Source of the DNA: an uncultured delta proteobacterium
GTDB taxonomy: Bacteria; Myxococcota; Kuafuiibacteriia; Kuafuiibacteriales; Kuafuiibacteriaceae
Reading direction: 5' to 3'
Assembly: GCA_963803435.1 (NCBI GenBank)
Contig: CAWDML010000003.1
Span: forward strand, 832,001 to 896,000
Length of the DNA: 64,000 nucleotides
Part shown: piece by piece, positions 1 to 11,195 of the stretch
Numbering within the stretch: position 1 is the stretch's first letter
Layout: every line of letters begins with the position of its first letter
Notes under the pieces: generated by a model
Database searches by the model: none
The model's input: the letters and a program-made list of their open reading frames with translations, nothing else
Told to the model about the DNA's origin: nothing
Position numbers and translations under genes: made by a program

Positions 1-2
1 AC

Positions 3-962
3 GCGACCGTCGCGCTCGACCAGCCGGGGCCACGCCCCTACCAGCTCGCGCTCTCCTTCAGCCACGACCTCCACCTCGATCCCGCGCGGCCTGTCCAGAA
101 GGGGGGCTATCAGCTCGAGTGCTCCGTCTGTCACGCCGCGGCCGGGGAGGGCGCCCTGCTCGGGCTGCCGGCGCACCTGGAGTGCATCCAATGCCACAAC
201 GCCACCGAGGCCAAGCCGGCGGTCGCATCCGATTGCGGCGGATGCCACGCCGACGACGAGTCGCTCGATCGCTTGCGCCTGGCGCGGGCGCTCCTCGACG
301 AGCACTACCGCGGATCGGTCCGCGGAACCGACATCCGCTTCAGCCACGCCGAGCACGCCGTCTCGGGTTGCCCGGACTGCCACCGCGGGGTCTCGTCGGC
401 CGACTCACTCGACGAGATCGAGCCCCAGCGGATGGCGGACTGCCTGCTCTGCCACCGCGGTCTGGCCAAGGAGATGGCCGGGGCCATGGTCGCGCTCGAT
501 CGCTGTCGGACCTGCCACCTGGCGCGGAGCCCGATTGCCGCTCCTGCGTTCGCCTCCTCGACGCACAAGCCGCTCTCGCATACGCGCACGTTCCGCCTCC
601 GCCACGCGCACCAGGCCGAGACCGATCGCGGGACCTGCGCCGCCTGCCACACGGAGCTCGCCGGCGGCGACGGGGCCCGCTGCGATCGGTGCCACGCGCG
701 GACGCGCCCAGAGGATCACACGGTCCGATGGCGCGAGGAGCCCCATGGTCGCGCCGCCGAGCGCGATCCGGATCGGTGTGCAACGTGCCATGCGCGCGAC
801 CGCTGCGCGAGCTGCCACGCGATCGCACCGCGCGACCACTCCCCCCGGGCCACATTCATTCTCCGACACGGCCTGAGCGCGCGTACCTCCACACGCCGCT
901 GCCTGACCTGCCACCTTCCGCAGGCCGATTGCGCCCGTTGTCACGACCTCGCCTCGTTCTGA
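3..962 (+). CDS. multiheme c-type cytochrome, 5'-partial
   Basis: Frame is open from the window edge. 12 CxxCH motifs are visible: CSVCH, CIQCH and CGGCH upstream of the tracked ORF plus 9 within it. FSHxxH motifs resemble cytochrome c3/c7 families. Confidence 0.9.
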   Translation, partial: ATVALDQPGPRPYQLALSFSHDLHLDPARPVQKGGYQLECSVCHAAAGEGALLGLPAHLECIQCHNATEAKPAVASDCGGCHADDESLDRLRLARALLDEHYRGSVRGTDIRFSHAEHAVSGCPDCHRGVSSADSLDEIEPQRMADCLLCHRGLAKEMAGAMVALDRCRTCHLARSPIAAPAFASSTHKPLSHTRTFRLRHAHQAETDRGTCAACHTELAGGDGARCDRCHARTRPEDHTVRWREEPHGRAAERDPDRCATCHARDRCASCHAIAPRDHSPRATFILRHGLSARTSTRRCLTCHLPQADCARCHDLASF

Positions 963-999
963 ACTTGCCGGGAGCGCGGATCCGTGTACCGAATGAGTC

Positions 1000-1947
1000 G
1001 TGGCGAACCTCGAATCGGTCGCCTCCATGCTGGCGCGCGGTCCGATGCCGCTCTCCCAGTCGGCGAAGATCGTGGCGCAGCTCTGTGCGCTGCTGGCGCC
1101 GCTCCACGACCAGCGCCGCACGCACTCGGCCGTCACGCCCGAGAATGTCTACTTTCGCCACGTCGGAGGTGAGCTGACGGTCGAGCTCCGCGACCTCGCC
1201 ACCGCTCCAACGCAGTACGCCACGCCCGAGCAGATCGCAGGCCGTCCGGAGGGCCCCAGCGGCGACGTCTACTGCCTGGGCGTCCTCTTCTTCCACATGA
1301 TCACCGGTGTCCCGCCGTTCGACGGCCGCTCCAAAGAGGAGATCCGCGAGAAGCACCGCACGAAGAGCCCGCCCGAGCTGGGGCACAACCAGCTCCAGGA
1401 CATTCCGCTCGAGCTCGAGGCCTTGGTCCACTCGATGCTCGCGAAGGATCCCTTTCGACGTCCTCCGGTGCGCCAGATCGCGACGGACATCGACAACCTC
1501 GATCTCGACTCGACCGTGATGGGTGTCCGCATCCAGGCCGCGCTCGATCCCGATGCAACCGAGGCGACCGAGACACCCGACCTCGATCCCTCGCTCCTGC
1601 ACAACGTCGACGTCGAGGCCCGCACCGATCCGCACCTCGTCGATCCCTACGCCGACACGCTCATCAAGGACCGCACCGAGCTCGGCCTGGACGACATCGA
1701 GGGCGTCTCCGACACGCACCTCGACTTCGGCTTCAGGAAGCCGATCTCCGGATGGAACGAGGAGGATGCGACCCGGATCCTCGACCAGGCCAAGGACGCG
1801 CTGATCCCGGATCCGGCCATTGCCCCGAGCGCGCCGCCGCGCCCCCCGGCCCCGCCCCGCGATCGCTCTGTCCTGCTCTTCGGCTTCGGCGTGGTCTTCT
1901 TCCTGGCCGCGCTCGCGATGGCCGCGTTCGCCTTCATGCGCAGCTAG
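1000..1947 (+). CDS. membrane-anchored Ser/Thr pseudokinase (C-lobe only)
   Basis: HSAVTPEN replaces HRDLKPEN; YATPEQ, DVYCLG and TGVPPF are kept; no Gly-loop or VAxK; C-terminal TM helix. Confidence 0.75.
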   Translation: MANLESVASMLARGPMPLSQSAKIVAQLCALLAPLHDQRRTHSAVTPENVYFRHVGGELTVELRDLATAPTQYATPEQIAGRPEGPSGDVYCLGVLFFHMITGVPPFDGRSKEEIREKHRTKSPPELGHNQLQDIPLELEALVHSMLAKDPFRRPPVRQIATDIDNLDLDSTVMGVRIQAALDPDATEATETPDLDPSLLHNVDVEARTDPHLVDPYADTLIKDRTELGLDDIEGVSDTHLDFGFRKPISGWNEEDATRILDQAKDALIPDPAIAPSAPPRPPAPPRDRSVLLFGFGVVFFLAALAMAAFAFMRS

Positions 1948-2019
1948 GAGCCGGTCCAGAAACCGTTCCGTTCGCAGTTTGCTGTTTCGTCGTTCTGTCA
2001 TTCGCTGTTCGATCCGGCG

Positions 2020-2350
2020 ATGAAGGGCGATGACATCGCAGAACGACTGCTCAAGTTTGCGAAGCGTGTACTTCGGCTTTGCCGCGAGTTCCCAAACGAC
2101 TTTGCCGGCAAGCACGTTGTCCGACAGCTGATCCGGTGTTCATCCGGAGGTGGTGCGAATGACGAGGAAGCGCGTGGCGGCGAGAGCCTTGCCGACTTCA
2201 TCCACAAGATGGCGGTCGCTCGCAAGGATGGTTGCGTCTTGCCGATCCGGAGCTGATGCAGGGAGCGGAGATCGCTTCGCTGATCCGAGAGGCCAACGAA
2301 CTCTCTGCGATTCTGACGAGCTCCATCAAGACGGCGAAGGCTCGATCAGG
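2020..2350 (+). pseudogene. four helix bundle protein (TIGR02436/23S IVP-like), frameshifted
   Basis: MKGDDIAERLLKFAKRV...QLIRCSSGGGANDEEA...FIHKMAVARK, continuing in another frame as ...LIREANELSAILTSSIKTAK. Confidence 0.8.
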
Positions 2351-2354
2351 GAAG

Positions 2355-2779
2355 TCATCGAGCCCGCTGGAACGCGATGATCGCGCACGCAAGATGAACC
2401 AGCCCGAGATACCGCGATCCCGTTCGTTCCCACCGCACGAGTCATGCGCGGAACTGGTTGTGCCAAGCGTTCGTGCGCTCGACAACCCAGCGCCGCGGCC
2501 TACCGCGGACACAGCCAGCGAGTGCAGGCTCGCCGCGGCGGCGGATAGGCGGTTTGATCCGGCGCGCTCGAATCGACTGTGGCACGTCGAACCGGAGCTG
2601 AACTCGCGCGGCAGGGCCTTCCACTGGCACCCTGTCCGAAGGCGATAGACGATACCTGCCATCACGACGCGATCCGCAACCCGCGGGCGACCTCCCCGCG
2701 GCCTTGGACCTCGCTTCGGGAGTAACGGCTCAATGCGTTTCCACAGGGCGTCCGGAAGACTTGCGAATCTTGCCTGCAT
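2355..2779 (-). pseudogene. IS5-family transposase remnant (internal deletion)
   Basis: N-terminal LPDALWKRIEPLLP..GGRPR..LRTGCQWKALP joined by a frameshift to C-terminal RRWVVERTNAWHNQFR*..LACAII; the DDE core is missing. Confidence 0.85.
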
Positions 2780-2906
2780 CGACTCTGCAGAACACTCGAT
2801 CGAGCACGATGCAACAACGGCCGCTTTGAATAGCGAATGAGCAGAACGAGCGAAACAGGAAACGCGGAACGGTCCGGAGGTTTTCGGACCGGCTCTAATA
2901 CTACCT

Positions 2907-3036
2907 GGTCCTAAGACCGTTCCGTTCGCGATTCCGTGTGGCACTTGTTCTGGCATTCGCTGTTCGTCTTCAGCTCATGAAGGGCGATGACATCGCGGAT
3001 CGGTTGCTCGGGTTTGCGAAGCGCGTTCTTCGGCTG
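2907..3036 (+). pseudogene. second, truncated copy of the repeat plus four-helix-bundle 5' end
   Basis: accgttccgttcgc...cattcgctgttcg followed by ATG 2977 MKGDDIADRLLGFAKRVLRL; paralogous to 1954-2080. Confidence 0.8.
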
Positions 3037-3068
3037 CCGCACGAGCCACTGGTCGTGAACGTTAAGGA

Positions 3069-5076
3069 CTACAGCGCGCAGTCCTCATCCTGGAGGTCGA
3101 TGAGGCCGTCGCAGTCGTCGTCGAGGCCGTTCTGGCAGTCCTCGGACGCTTGGCAGCCGCAGCCGTCGTCCGGGACGCCGTCGCAGTCGTTGTCGATCCC
3201 GTCGCCGCAGATTCTCGTCGACCGGCGTGCAGCAGTCCTCGTCGACGATTCCGTCGCAGTCGTTGTCGAGGTTGTCACAGAGCTCGACCGTCGACGGGCA
3301 GACCTCCTCGGTCGAGAGCGCCCAGTAGGCGCGATGGTTGCCCTCCTCGATCGACTGGAACGGCATCCAGAAGGCCGGGAAGCTGGGGTCCTGACCGGCG
3401 GCGGCCCGGTCGAGATCGATCGCGGCGCCCCAGAGCTGGTCCCGGTCGGTGCCGACGAGGACGTCGCCGTAGTCGCGGAGCGACGAGAACGCCAGCCAGT
3501 TGATCTCCGGCTTGGTGCTGGGCGCCCAGGTCGGCATCGTATTTCCGATATTCACGATCCCGCGCTCGTTGCGCACGGTGCGGTTGAGCTGCTCGAGCAA
3601 GATCGGCGAGCCGGTGCCGTCCGCGCGGACCACGTAGAGCTCGGCAGGCGGGCTATCCTTTGACTTGCCGCGCGTCTTCACGAACGCGATCCACTGGCTG
3701 TCGGGTGAGTGCGTGGGGAAGAAGAGCGTGTCGTCCGGTGCGCTGCTGGCGACGATCGTCTCCGGCTCCCCGAACGTTCCGTCCGCGCGGACCGCCATCC
3801 GGGCGATGCTCGTCCCGGTGACGTCCTTGTTCTTCGTCTCGCGTCCGGTCGCCAGCGTGACGGCGACGTGGCTGCCGTCCGGCGACCAGTCCGGATGCGT
3901 CGCATAGTCGTTCGCCGGGAGCGCGACCTGCTGGAGCACGTCGCCGGTCTCCACGTCGAGCAGCGTCAGCTTCCCCTTGCTGGCGAACAGGAGCCGGGTG
4001 GCGCCGGGGTTGAAGGTCCCCCATCCGTAGTCCAGAGCCATCTGATTCGGATCGGCCGGCGACTTCACCTCGAGCTCTGGGATCGTGACCAGCCGGAGCC
4101 GCTCTCCGTCGTAGCCGGCCGCGAGCCGCCGCCCGTCGCGGCTGACCGTGTGGCAAGCGACGCACTTCTGGTCGCCCGACGCCGGGTCCGTGTAGAACTT
4201 CGCGGCGATCGGTGCGGCGATCGTCGCGCGGTTGATCCCCATGGCTCCCGTCGACCAGTAGTAGAGGGCGCCGATCACCTCCGACTCGGAGAAGCCGATC
4301 GTGATCGCGTCCGAGCGATAGACAGTGGTGGACGTCTGGGTCTTCGCGCGGACCGTCATCGTCACGGTGCGGCCGGCGTTCGACTCCGCGAGCCAAGCCC
4401 GGTTGGCGTCGTCGAGGAGGAAGGCCCGCTCGGTCGTATAGTACCGGACCGTCGTGACGCTGCTGTCGAAGCGGACCTCGAACAGATCGTGGCCCGGGTC
4501 GCTCCGCCACTGGAAGCGCACATTGCTGATGTTCCGGGGGAAGCGGGTCTCGTCGCTCGGATAGACGATCAGCGGCACCTGCGCCACGCCCGCCCGATCG
4601 TCCGCCGGGCTCTCCGGGAACTGCTGCCGGGCGTCCGGCGGGGTCCCGGGCGCGACGGCGACCACGTCGAGCCGGACCGAGAGGTCGGCGGTCGCCTGGT
4701 AGGCCTCGGCGGCAGCGCGCACCTTCGTGTCGCCCCCGATCCCCGTGCCCGTGAATCGGCCGCCGTCGATGGTCCCGAGGCGCGCCTCGTCGATCGTCCA
4801 GGCCACCTGGCCGGTGACGTCGCGCTCCCCGTCGTCGAACGTTCCGTAGGCCGTGAACGCCGCGGTCGGCAGGGGAGGGAGGCCGTCGCTCACGATCCGT
4901 TGGCTCGGTGGATCGATGCGCAGGCCCATCAGGCCCGGGATCTTCGGCAGGCCGCCGTCGGGCGGTCCGCCGTCCGCGCCCGGGTCGATGCCGGCGTCGT
5001 CACCGGGGACCAGCGTCACCGGCTGGCGCGAGCAGCCGGCGGCCAATAGCAAGAGACCGATGAGGGCAGGTCGCAT
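3069..5076 (-). CDS. TolB-like (PD40) beta-propeller lipoprotein with C-terminal Cys/Asp metal-binding (MopE-related) repeats; frameshift near 3212
   Basis: Lipobox LAAGC; PDWSPDG/PTHSPDS/PTWAP repeats; one CVACH; CDNLDNDCDGIVDE repeats continue in a second frame to 3069. Confidence 0.8.
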
Positions 5077-5079
5077 CCG

Positions 5080-6181
<1,102 letters not shown>

Positions 6182-6189
<8 letters not shown>

Positions 6190-6790
6190 CTTCGCCTCTC
6201 GTCGTTTCCAGAAAGTCGCGAAGGTACGGGTCCTTCTCGGCCAGGACGCGGAGCTCCTTTCGCGCGTGGCTGATCTGCGCGTACGTGGCGGCGACCGACG
6301 AGCCCGTGTGCCCGGCGATCTCCTCCACCGTCATCCCCTCGATCTCGTAGAGGAGAAAGGCCACGCGCTTCTTCTTCGAGATGTGGTCCAGCGCCAGGCG
6401 CACGCGGCGGAGCTGCTCGCGGCCGACCGCGATCTGCTCGGGGCTCGCGTCGGTGGCCCCCGGCTCCGGCGGCATCGGCCCGCGCCGCCTGATCCAGGCG
6501 GTCGGTCGCATCGCGCGCTGCGCCACCTTGACGGTGATGCCGCCGATGAACGTCGACAGAGAGCTCTCGCCGCGAAAGCGACAGAGGCTCCGGCAGGTCT
6601 CGAGGAAGACCGTCTGGACCAGATCTTCGAGGTCGTTCCTCGGGCCGAGCATCCGGACGAGCAGCCGGGTCACGCGCGGCTGGTGCTCGCGGACGATCGC
6701 ATCGAGCGCCCGCGCGTCGGGCGCGTCCTCCCGAGCGCGCGACATCAGCGCCGCGACCGCCGGGCGGTTCTGGAGGGCGATCGCCACCAC
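6182..6790 (-). CDS. ECF RNA polymerase sigma factor
   Basis: EDLVQTVF..FRGESSLSTFI region 2; RVAFLLYEIEGMTVEEIA region 4; start probably GTG 6790 or 6787. Confidence 0.92.
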
Positions 6791-6793
6791 CCG

Positions 6794-6822
6794 TGAGTCA
6801 CACCGGACCCCACGATTTCGAA
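6794..6822 (-). promoter_or_regulatory. candidate autoregulatory ECF promoter TTCGAAAT-N13-GTGACTCA
   Basis: Matches 9380-9408(+) at 14 of 16 motif positions with the same 13-nt spacer. Confidence 0.55.
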
Positions 6823-6854
6823 GAGTGTCCCAAAGAGCATCTATCGTGTCGAAT

Positions 6855-7754
6855 TTACTGGGCCTGCCAGCGCCACCGGAGCGACAGCGCGGCGCTCCAG
6901 CGGAGCCGCCCCTCGGCGACAGCCACCTGGTCGCGGACCAGGTAGTCCGCCGGGCTGGCCGTCGCGCCGAGGGCCGCGTCGAGCACGACCGAGAGACCCA
7001 CACCGACAGCGATCTCGAAGACCGGGCCGACCGCGATCCACGCCGGCGCTCGCCGGTCCCGCCCCTCGATCGCGCCCTCGGGCGTGGTCGCGCGCGCTTC
7101 CGTGATCGCGACGCCCGCCTCGAGCCGGAGGCCGATCCGGAGCCACGCGTGTTTCCATCCGCCCGCCACCGCCACCGCCGGACCCCAGCGCCGGTACAGG
7201 ATCTGGTTCCTGGTCGTCTCGACCGGCGCCCGTGCCCCCACGGCGACGCCGGTGAAGATCCCGTGCTCCGCGTCCAGAAGCTCCGCGCCGATGAAGAGCC
7301 GGGGTTCGAGGAGCAGCGGCTCGTGCGCGAACGACTCGGTGACGCCGAGGCCGAGCGACAGGAAGACTGCGGGGAGAAGGCGCGCGGTCGGTGGTTCGCC
7401 GCGCTTGGGGATGGGGAGCCGAGCGAACCGGATCAGCTCGGCGGCGGCGATGGCGGCGGCGTAGCTGGACGCCGCGGTGTCGAGCGCTCGGAGGAGGATC
7501 GTCGCATCCGCGCGCCGAGCCACCACCACCCGCCCGCTCGCAGGTTCGAAGAGGACGATGAGCGGCTCGGGCCAGTCCGGGAGCCGGCCGCTGAGGATCG
7601 CGTCGACGGCGTGCGTGGCGGTCCGGACCGTCGTCGGCACCGCCAGCTCGCCCGACAGCTGGGTGGCGAAGTCGTTGGTCCGCGGCACCTCGGGATCGAC
7701 GACGATCCCGACCTCCGTCTGCGCGGCCAGGAGAAGAAGCGGAAGGAGGCCCAT
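6855..7754 (-). CDS. exported protein, possible outer-membrane beta-barrel C-domain
   Basis: Signal peptide; amphipathic strands ending WSAALSLRWRW; first gene of the ECF cassette. Confidence 0.6.
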   Translation of the reverse strand: MGLLPLLLLAAQTEVGIVVDPEVPRTNDFATQLSGELAVPTTVRTATHAVDAILSGRLPDWPEPLIVLFEPASGRVVVARRADATILLRALDTAASSYAAAIAAAELIRFARLPIPKRGEPPTARLLPAVFLSLGLGVTESFAHEPLLLEPRLFIGAELLDAEHGIFTGVAVGARAPVETTRNQILYRRWGPAVAVAGGWKHAWLRIGLRLEAGVAITEARATTPEGAIEGRDRRAPAWIAVGPVFEIAVGVGLSVVLDAALGATASPADYLVRDQVAVAEGRLRWSAALSLRWRWQAQ

Positions 7755-7765
7755 CGGGGGAGCGG

Positions 7766-9301
7766 CTACCCGGCCTCGTCCGCTCCGATGTCCACGCCCG
7801 CCCCGAGCGGCCTCGGGTCTCCGTCGATGTCCTCGGGGGGAGCCGGCGCGGGGTCGCCGGCATCGATGCAGGGTGACTGGGTGTCCACGTGGTCATCCTC
7901 GTCGATGAACACGGGATCGGCAAAAACGTTGCCGTCGTCTCCGCCGCTCCAGTCGGCGCTCAGGAGGCTGTAACGGGGCCGGCAGGTGGGATCGACGCCG
8001 GCCGGGTCGCCGCCGGTGTTGTTCCAGACGATGCTGTTGACGATCGGGATCGCCGCCGGACAGGCGACGCCGCCCGTGCGGGCGTCCTTGGCGATGTTGT
8101 CCGCGATCGTCACATGGACGAGCGCCGAGGTCGTCGAGGTCCCCATGACGAGCACGCCGCCGACGTCGCTCATCGCTCTTCCGTTCTCCGTCAGCATCGA
8201 GTTCACGAACGTGTGCCGACCGCCGCCGTCGAGCTTGGCGCCGCCGCCCGCATTGCGGTCGATCCGGCTCCGCGACACGAACAGGTCGCCAGCCTTCACC
8301 TCGATGCCGAGCGCGTTCGAGGGCCCGACGAAGACACGTTCGAGCTCGAGCATCGATCCGGCAGTCTCGACCTTGATGCCGCCGCCCGCGCCTTGCACGC
8401 CGGCGACCTGCACGTTCTCGAGCCGAACGTGTGCGCCGCCCTTGATCTTGACGGCGGGCATCATCGGCGACGCGATCACGGCGCTCCCTTCACCCACGAT
8501 CCGGACGTCGAAGTCACCGTCGATCATGACGCCGCCGTAGACGCCCTCCGCGAGGATCAATTGGCCGCTCCTGCGCGCGAGCAGCGCCTCGGCGATCGAG
8601 CAGAACGGATCCTCGCGGGTGCCGGCGCCGGGTCCGAAGGGGCAGGACGGTCCCCGCGCGTCGACGAGCGCGGCCTCCGTCGAGGGCGCGCAGCGGCTGG
8701 GCGTACCGAAGCAGAGCCAGCCCGGCTCTTCCGCGCAGGAGGAGCATCCGTCGCCCGGCGCGTCGTTTCCGTCGTCGCAGCTCTCGGGCGGCTCCACGCG
8801 TCGATCCGGACACTCACCGACCAGCCTCTCGCAGGTGCTCGGCGCGCCGGAGCACGTCCATCCCGGCTCGACCACGCAGGCCGGCGAACAGCCGTCACCC
8901 GCGCCCCGCCCGCCGTCATCGCACGACTCGGGGGCGCGGATCGCGCCGTCGCCGCAGCTCGGCACGTCGATGACGTCCTCGATCGCGAGTCGAACCGCTA
9001 CCCGAACGCGCGTCGGCTCGATGTCGATCGCTCCACTCCAGCGCGCGACGAGAGCTCCGCCCGCGAGGCCGGCGACCTCGAGGTCGAGCGCGTGGCCCGC
9101 GAACCGGTCGGGCAGGAGGAGCAGGAGGGTGCTGCCGGCCGGCTCGATCGGGCTCGATCGCGCCGGGAGCGCCGTCCCGTCGTCGAGCCTCCCGGCCACC
9201 TCGACCGCGTCGATCTCCGGCGCGGCGTCGATCGTGAGCTCGACGGTCGGGGAGGCGCAGCCGGCGGCGATCAAGGTCAGGCAGAGAGGGATCTTTCCCA
9301 C
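7766..9301 (-). CDS. lipoprotein with myxococcal Cys-rich repeats (DUF4215-like) and a right-handed beta-helix
   Basis: LIAAGC lipobox after GTG 9301; CGDG..ESCDDG..GDGCS..C repeats; SPCIDAG..DIDGDPRPLGAGVDIGADE tail. Confidence 0.8.
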   Translation of the reverse strand: MGKIPLCLTLIAAGCASPTVELTIDAAPEIDAVEVAGRLDDGTALPARSSPIEPAGSTLLLLLPDRFAGHALDLEVAGLAGGALVARWSGAIDIEPTRVRVAVRLAIEDVIDVPSCGDGAIRAPESCDDGGRGAGDGCSPACVVEPGWTCSGAPSTCERLVGECPDRRVEPPESCDDGNDAPGDGCSSCAEEPGWLCFGTPSRCAPSTEAALVDARGPSCPFGPGAGTREDPFCSIAEALLARRSGQLILAEGVYGGVMIDGDFDVRIVGEGSAVIASPMMPAVKIKGGAHVRLENVQVAGVQGAGGGIKVETAGSMLELERVFVGPSNALGIEVKAGDLFVSRSRIDRNAGGGAKLDGGGRHTFVNSMLTENGRAMSDVGGVLVMGTSTTSALVHVTIADNIAKDARTGGVACPAAIPIVNSIVWNNTGGDPAGVDPTCRPRYSLLSADWSGGDDGNVFADPVFIDEDDHVDTQSPCIDAGDPAPAPPEDIDGDPRPLGAGVDIGADEAG

Positions 9302-9379
9302 AGCCGTGGGTCGCGGGAGGCCGCCTGGATTCCAAAACTCCGTGCAAGCGCTCGACATGATTGGGATGCGTGAGCCTTT

Positions 9380-9408
9380 TTCGAAATTCGCCTGCCGGCG
9401 GAGACCCA
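9380..9408 (+). promoter_or_regulatory. candidate ECF-target promoter TTCGAAAT-N13-GAGACCCA
   Basis: Copy of the 6794-6822 motif, upstream of the kinase gene. Confidence 0.5.
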
Positions 9409-10658
9409 TGGGCGTGCGGCTGTCGGGGACGTCCTTGTTGTCGCGCGAGACGTGGGTGGTCCGAGAGCGCTCGGGGGTCAGGGAGAGCCATCGGATCGGC
9501 ACCATGGTCGGGGCGTATCGCCTCGATCGACTTCTCGGCGAAGGGGCGGCCGGCCTCGTGTACCAGGCCACCCACGTCAAGCTCGGCCGGCGCGTCGCGC
9601 TCAAGGTGCTGAGGCAAAGGCTGTCGACCAATCGGACTGCGGTCGCTCGGTTCTTCGCCGAGGCGCAGTTCGTGAACGCGATCGCGCACGAGAACATCGT
9701 CGAGATCACGGACCTGGTCGGCGGCAACGCGGACGAGGGGACGCCCTGCTACTACGTGATGGAGCTGCTCGAGGGGGAGACGCTGTTCGAGCTGCTCGGG
9801 CGCGAGCGCATCGATCGCAGGCGTGCCCTCCGCATCGCGTCCCAGATCGCGGCCGCCCTGGCGGCGGTCCACGACCAGGGGATCGTCCACCGGGATCTCA
9901 AGCCGGAGAACGTGTTCATCGGCGCGGGCGATCGGGTCAAGCTGCTCGACTTTGGCGTCGCCAAGCTCTCGAGAGAAGCCGGCCAGGCCTCGGCGGTCAC
10001 CGCTGCGGGCGCCCTGATCGGGACGCCGGGCTACATCGCGCCCGAGCAGACGCTCGACGCGGACGTCGATCCCCGCGCGGACGTCTACGCCTTCGGCGTG
10101 ATCCTCTTCGAGATGGTGACGGGGCGGCCGCCGTTCGTGGATCAGGACGTCTGCAGTCTGTTGCTCCGGCATCGAAACGAGCCGGCGCCGGATCCGGCCA
10201 TGGTCACGCTCGGTACCGAGCGCGTGCCCCGACGTCTGGCGGATCTGATCCTCGCGTGCCTCGAGAAGTCGCCGGACGCGCGCCCGAGGAACGGCGCGGC
10301 GGTCCTCGAGCGGCTCGGACGCGTGGAGCGACGGGCTGGCCGCCGCGCGTCGCTCGCAGCGCTCATCCTCATCGCGGCCGCCGGGTACGCGGGGATCACG
10401 GCGATGCGTCACCCGGTGGAGGCGCCGGCGGTCACCACCATCGATCCGATCGGGGTCCTGGTCACGGTCGAGCGCCCGCCCGCGCCGCCTTCGCCTGTCG
10501 TCCGCTGCGAAGAGGTCGCGGAGCCGCCCCGACGCGCCGCGCTGAAAGCCAAGAGGCGGCGGCACCCGCGGAGGGTCGAGCGGTCGCAGAAGGTCGAGGT
10601 CGTGGACGCGCCCGTCTCGCCCGCGCGAATGATCAACCCGTTCGAGGGCGGGCGATGA
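9408..10658 (+). CDS. Ser/Thr protein kinase (start uncertain)
   Basis: LGEGAAG, VALKVL, HRDLKPEN, DFG, GTPGYIAPEQ; TM helix. Confidence 0.93.
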   Translation: MGVRLSGTSLLSRETWVVRERSGVRESHRIGTMVGAYRLDRLLGEGAAGLVYQATHVKLGRRVALKVLRQRLSTNRTAVARFFAEAQFVNAIAHENIVEITDLVGGNADEGTPCYYVMELLEGETLFELLGRERIDRRRALRIASQIAAALAAVHDQGIVHRDLKPENVFIGAGDRVKLLDFGVAKLSREAGQASAVTAAGALIGTPGYIAPEQTLDADVDPRADVYAFGVILFEMVTGRPPFVDQDVCSLLLRHRNEPAPDPAMVTLGTERVPRRLADLILACLEKSPDARPRNGAAVLERLGRVERRAGRRASLAALILIAAAGYAGITAMRHPVEAPAVTTIDPIGVLVTVERPPAPPSPVVRCEEVAEPPRRAALKAKRRRHPRRVERSQKVEVVDAPVSPARMINPFEGGR

Positions 10659-11185
10659 CGCCGATCCTGCTCTTGCTCGCGCTCTCGACTCCGGGTGGCG
10701 CCGAGGATCAGGCCGCCGCCAAGAGCGCCTTCGAGCGGGCTGCGAAGCACTTCGAGGTCGGCGAGTTCGAGGAGGCGCTGCCGCTCTTTCTCGAGGCCTA
10801 CGATCGAGCCGGTCACGACGAGCTGCTGTTCAACATCGCTCAGTGCCACCGCAACCTCGGGCACTTCGAGCGCGCGATCTTCTTCTTCGAGCGCTACCTG
10901 CAGAGCCCGACGGCCACCAACGTCGAGTCGGTGCGCGGTCTCGTCCGAGAGCTCGAGGCGCGCGCGGCCCAGGCGGCGTCCGCGGCGACCGTGACAGCGC
11001 CTCCTCCGCCCCCGGCCCTGGCGCCCCCGATCCCCCCTCCCGACGCGCCGTCACTGGCCAGCCGCTGGTGGTTCTGGGCGATCCTGGCCGCCGGCACGCT
11101 CGCGGTCGCGGGCGCCACCTGGGGCGCGGTCGAGGCCGCGACGCCGGGCGAGACGATACCCACGATCGACTATCGCCGTCTCTGA
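10655..11185 (+). CDS. TPR protein with signal peptide and C-terminal TM
   Basis: ATGA overlap with the kinase; LLFNIAQCHRNLG..AIFFFERYL; RWWFW. Confidence 0.85.
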   Translation: MTPILLLLALSTPGGAEDQAAAKSAFERAAKHFEVGEFEEALPLFLEAYDRAGHDELLFNIAQCHRNLGHFERAIFFFERYLQSPTATNVESVRGLVRELEARAAQAASAATVTAPPPPPALAPPIPPPDAPSLASRWWFWAILAAGTLAVAGATWGAVEAATPGETIPTIDYRRL

Positions 11186-11195
11186 TCCGAGGGCC

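Larger units (their letters stand above)
1948..2895. mobile_element. inverted-repeat-bounded cassette (four-helix-bundle gene plus IS5 remnant)
   Basis: 1948-2010 and 2828-2895 are imperfect inverted repeats with GAGCCGGTCC termini; the left end follows CTAG, which includes the pseudokinase stop. Confidence 0.65.

Noticed and set aside
2442-2444. In-frame TGA in the IS5 remnant as recoding
   Set aside because: Not at a Cys position and the element is already deleted and frameshifted; ordinary decay.
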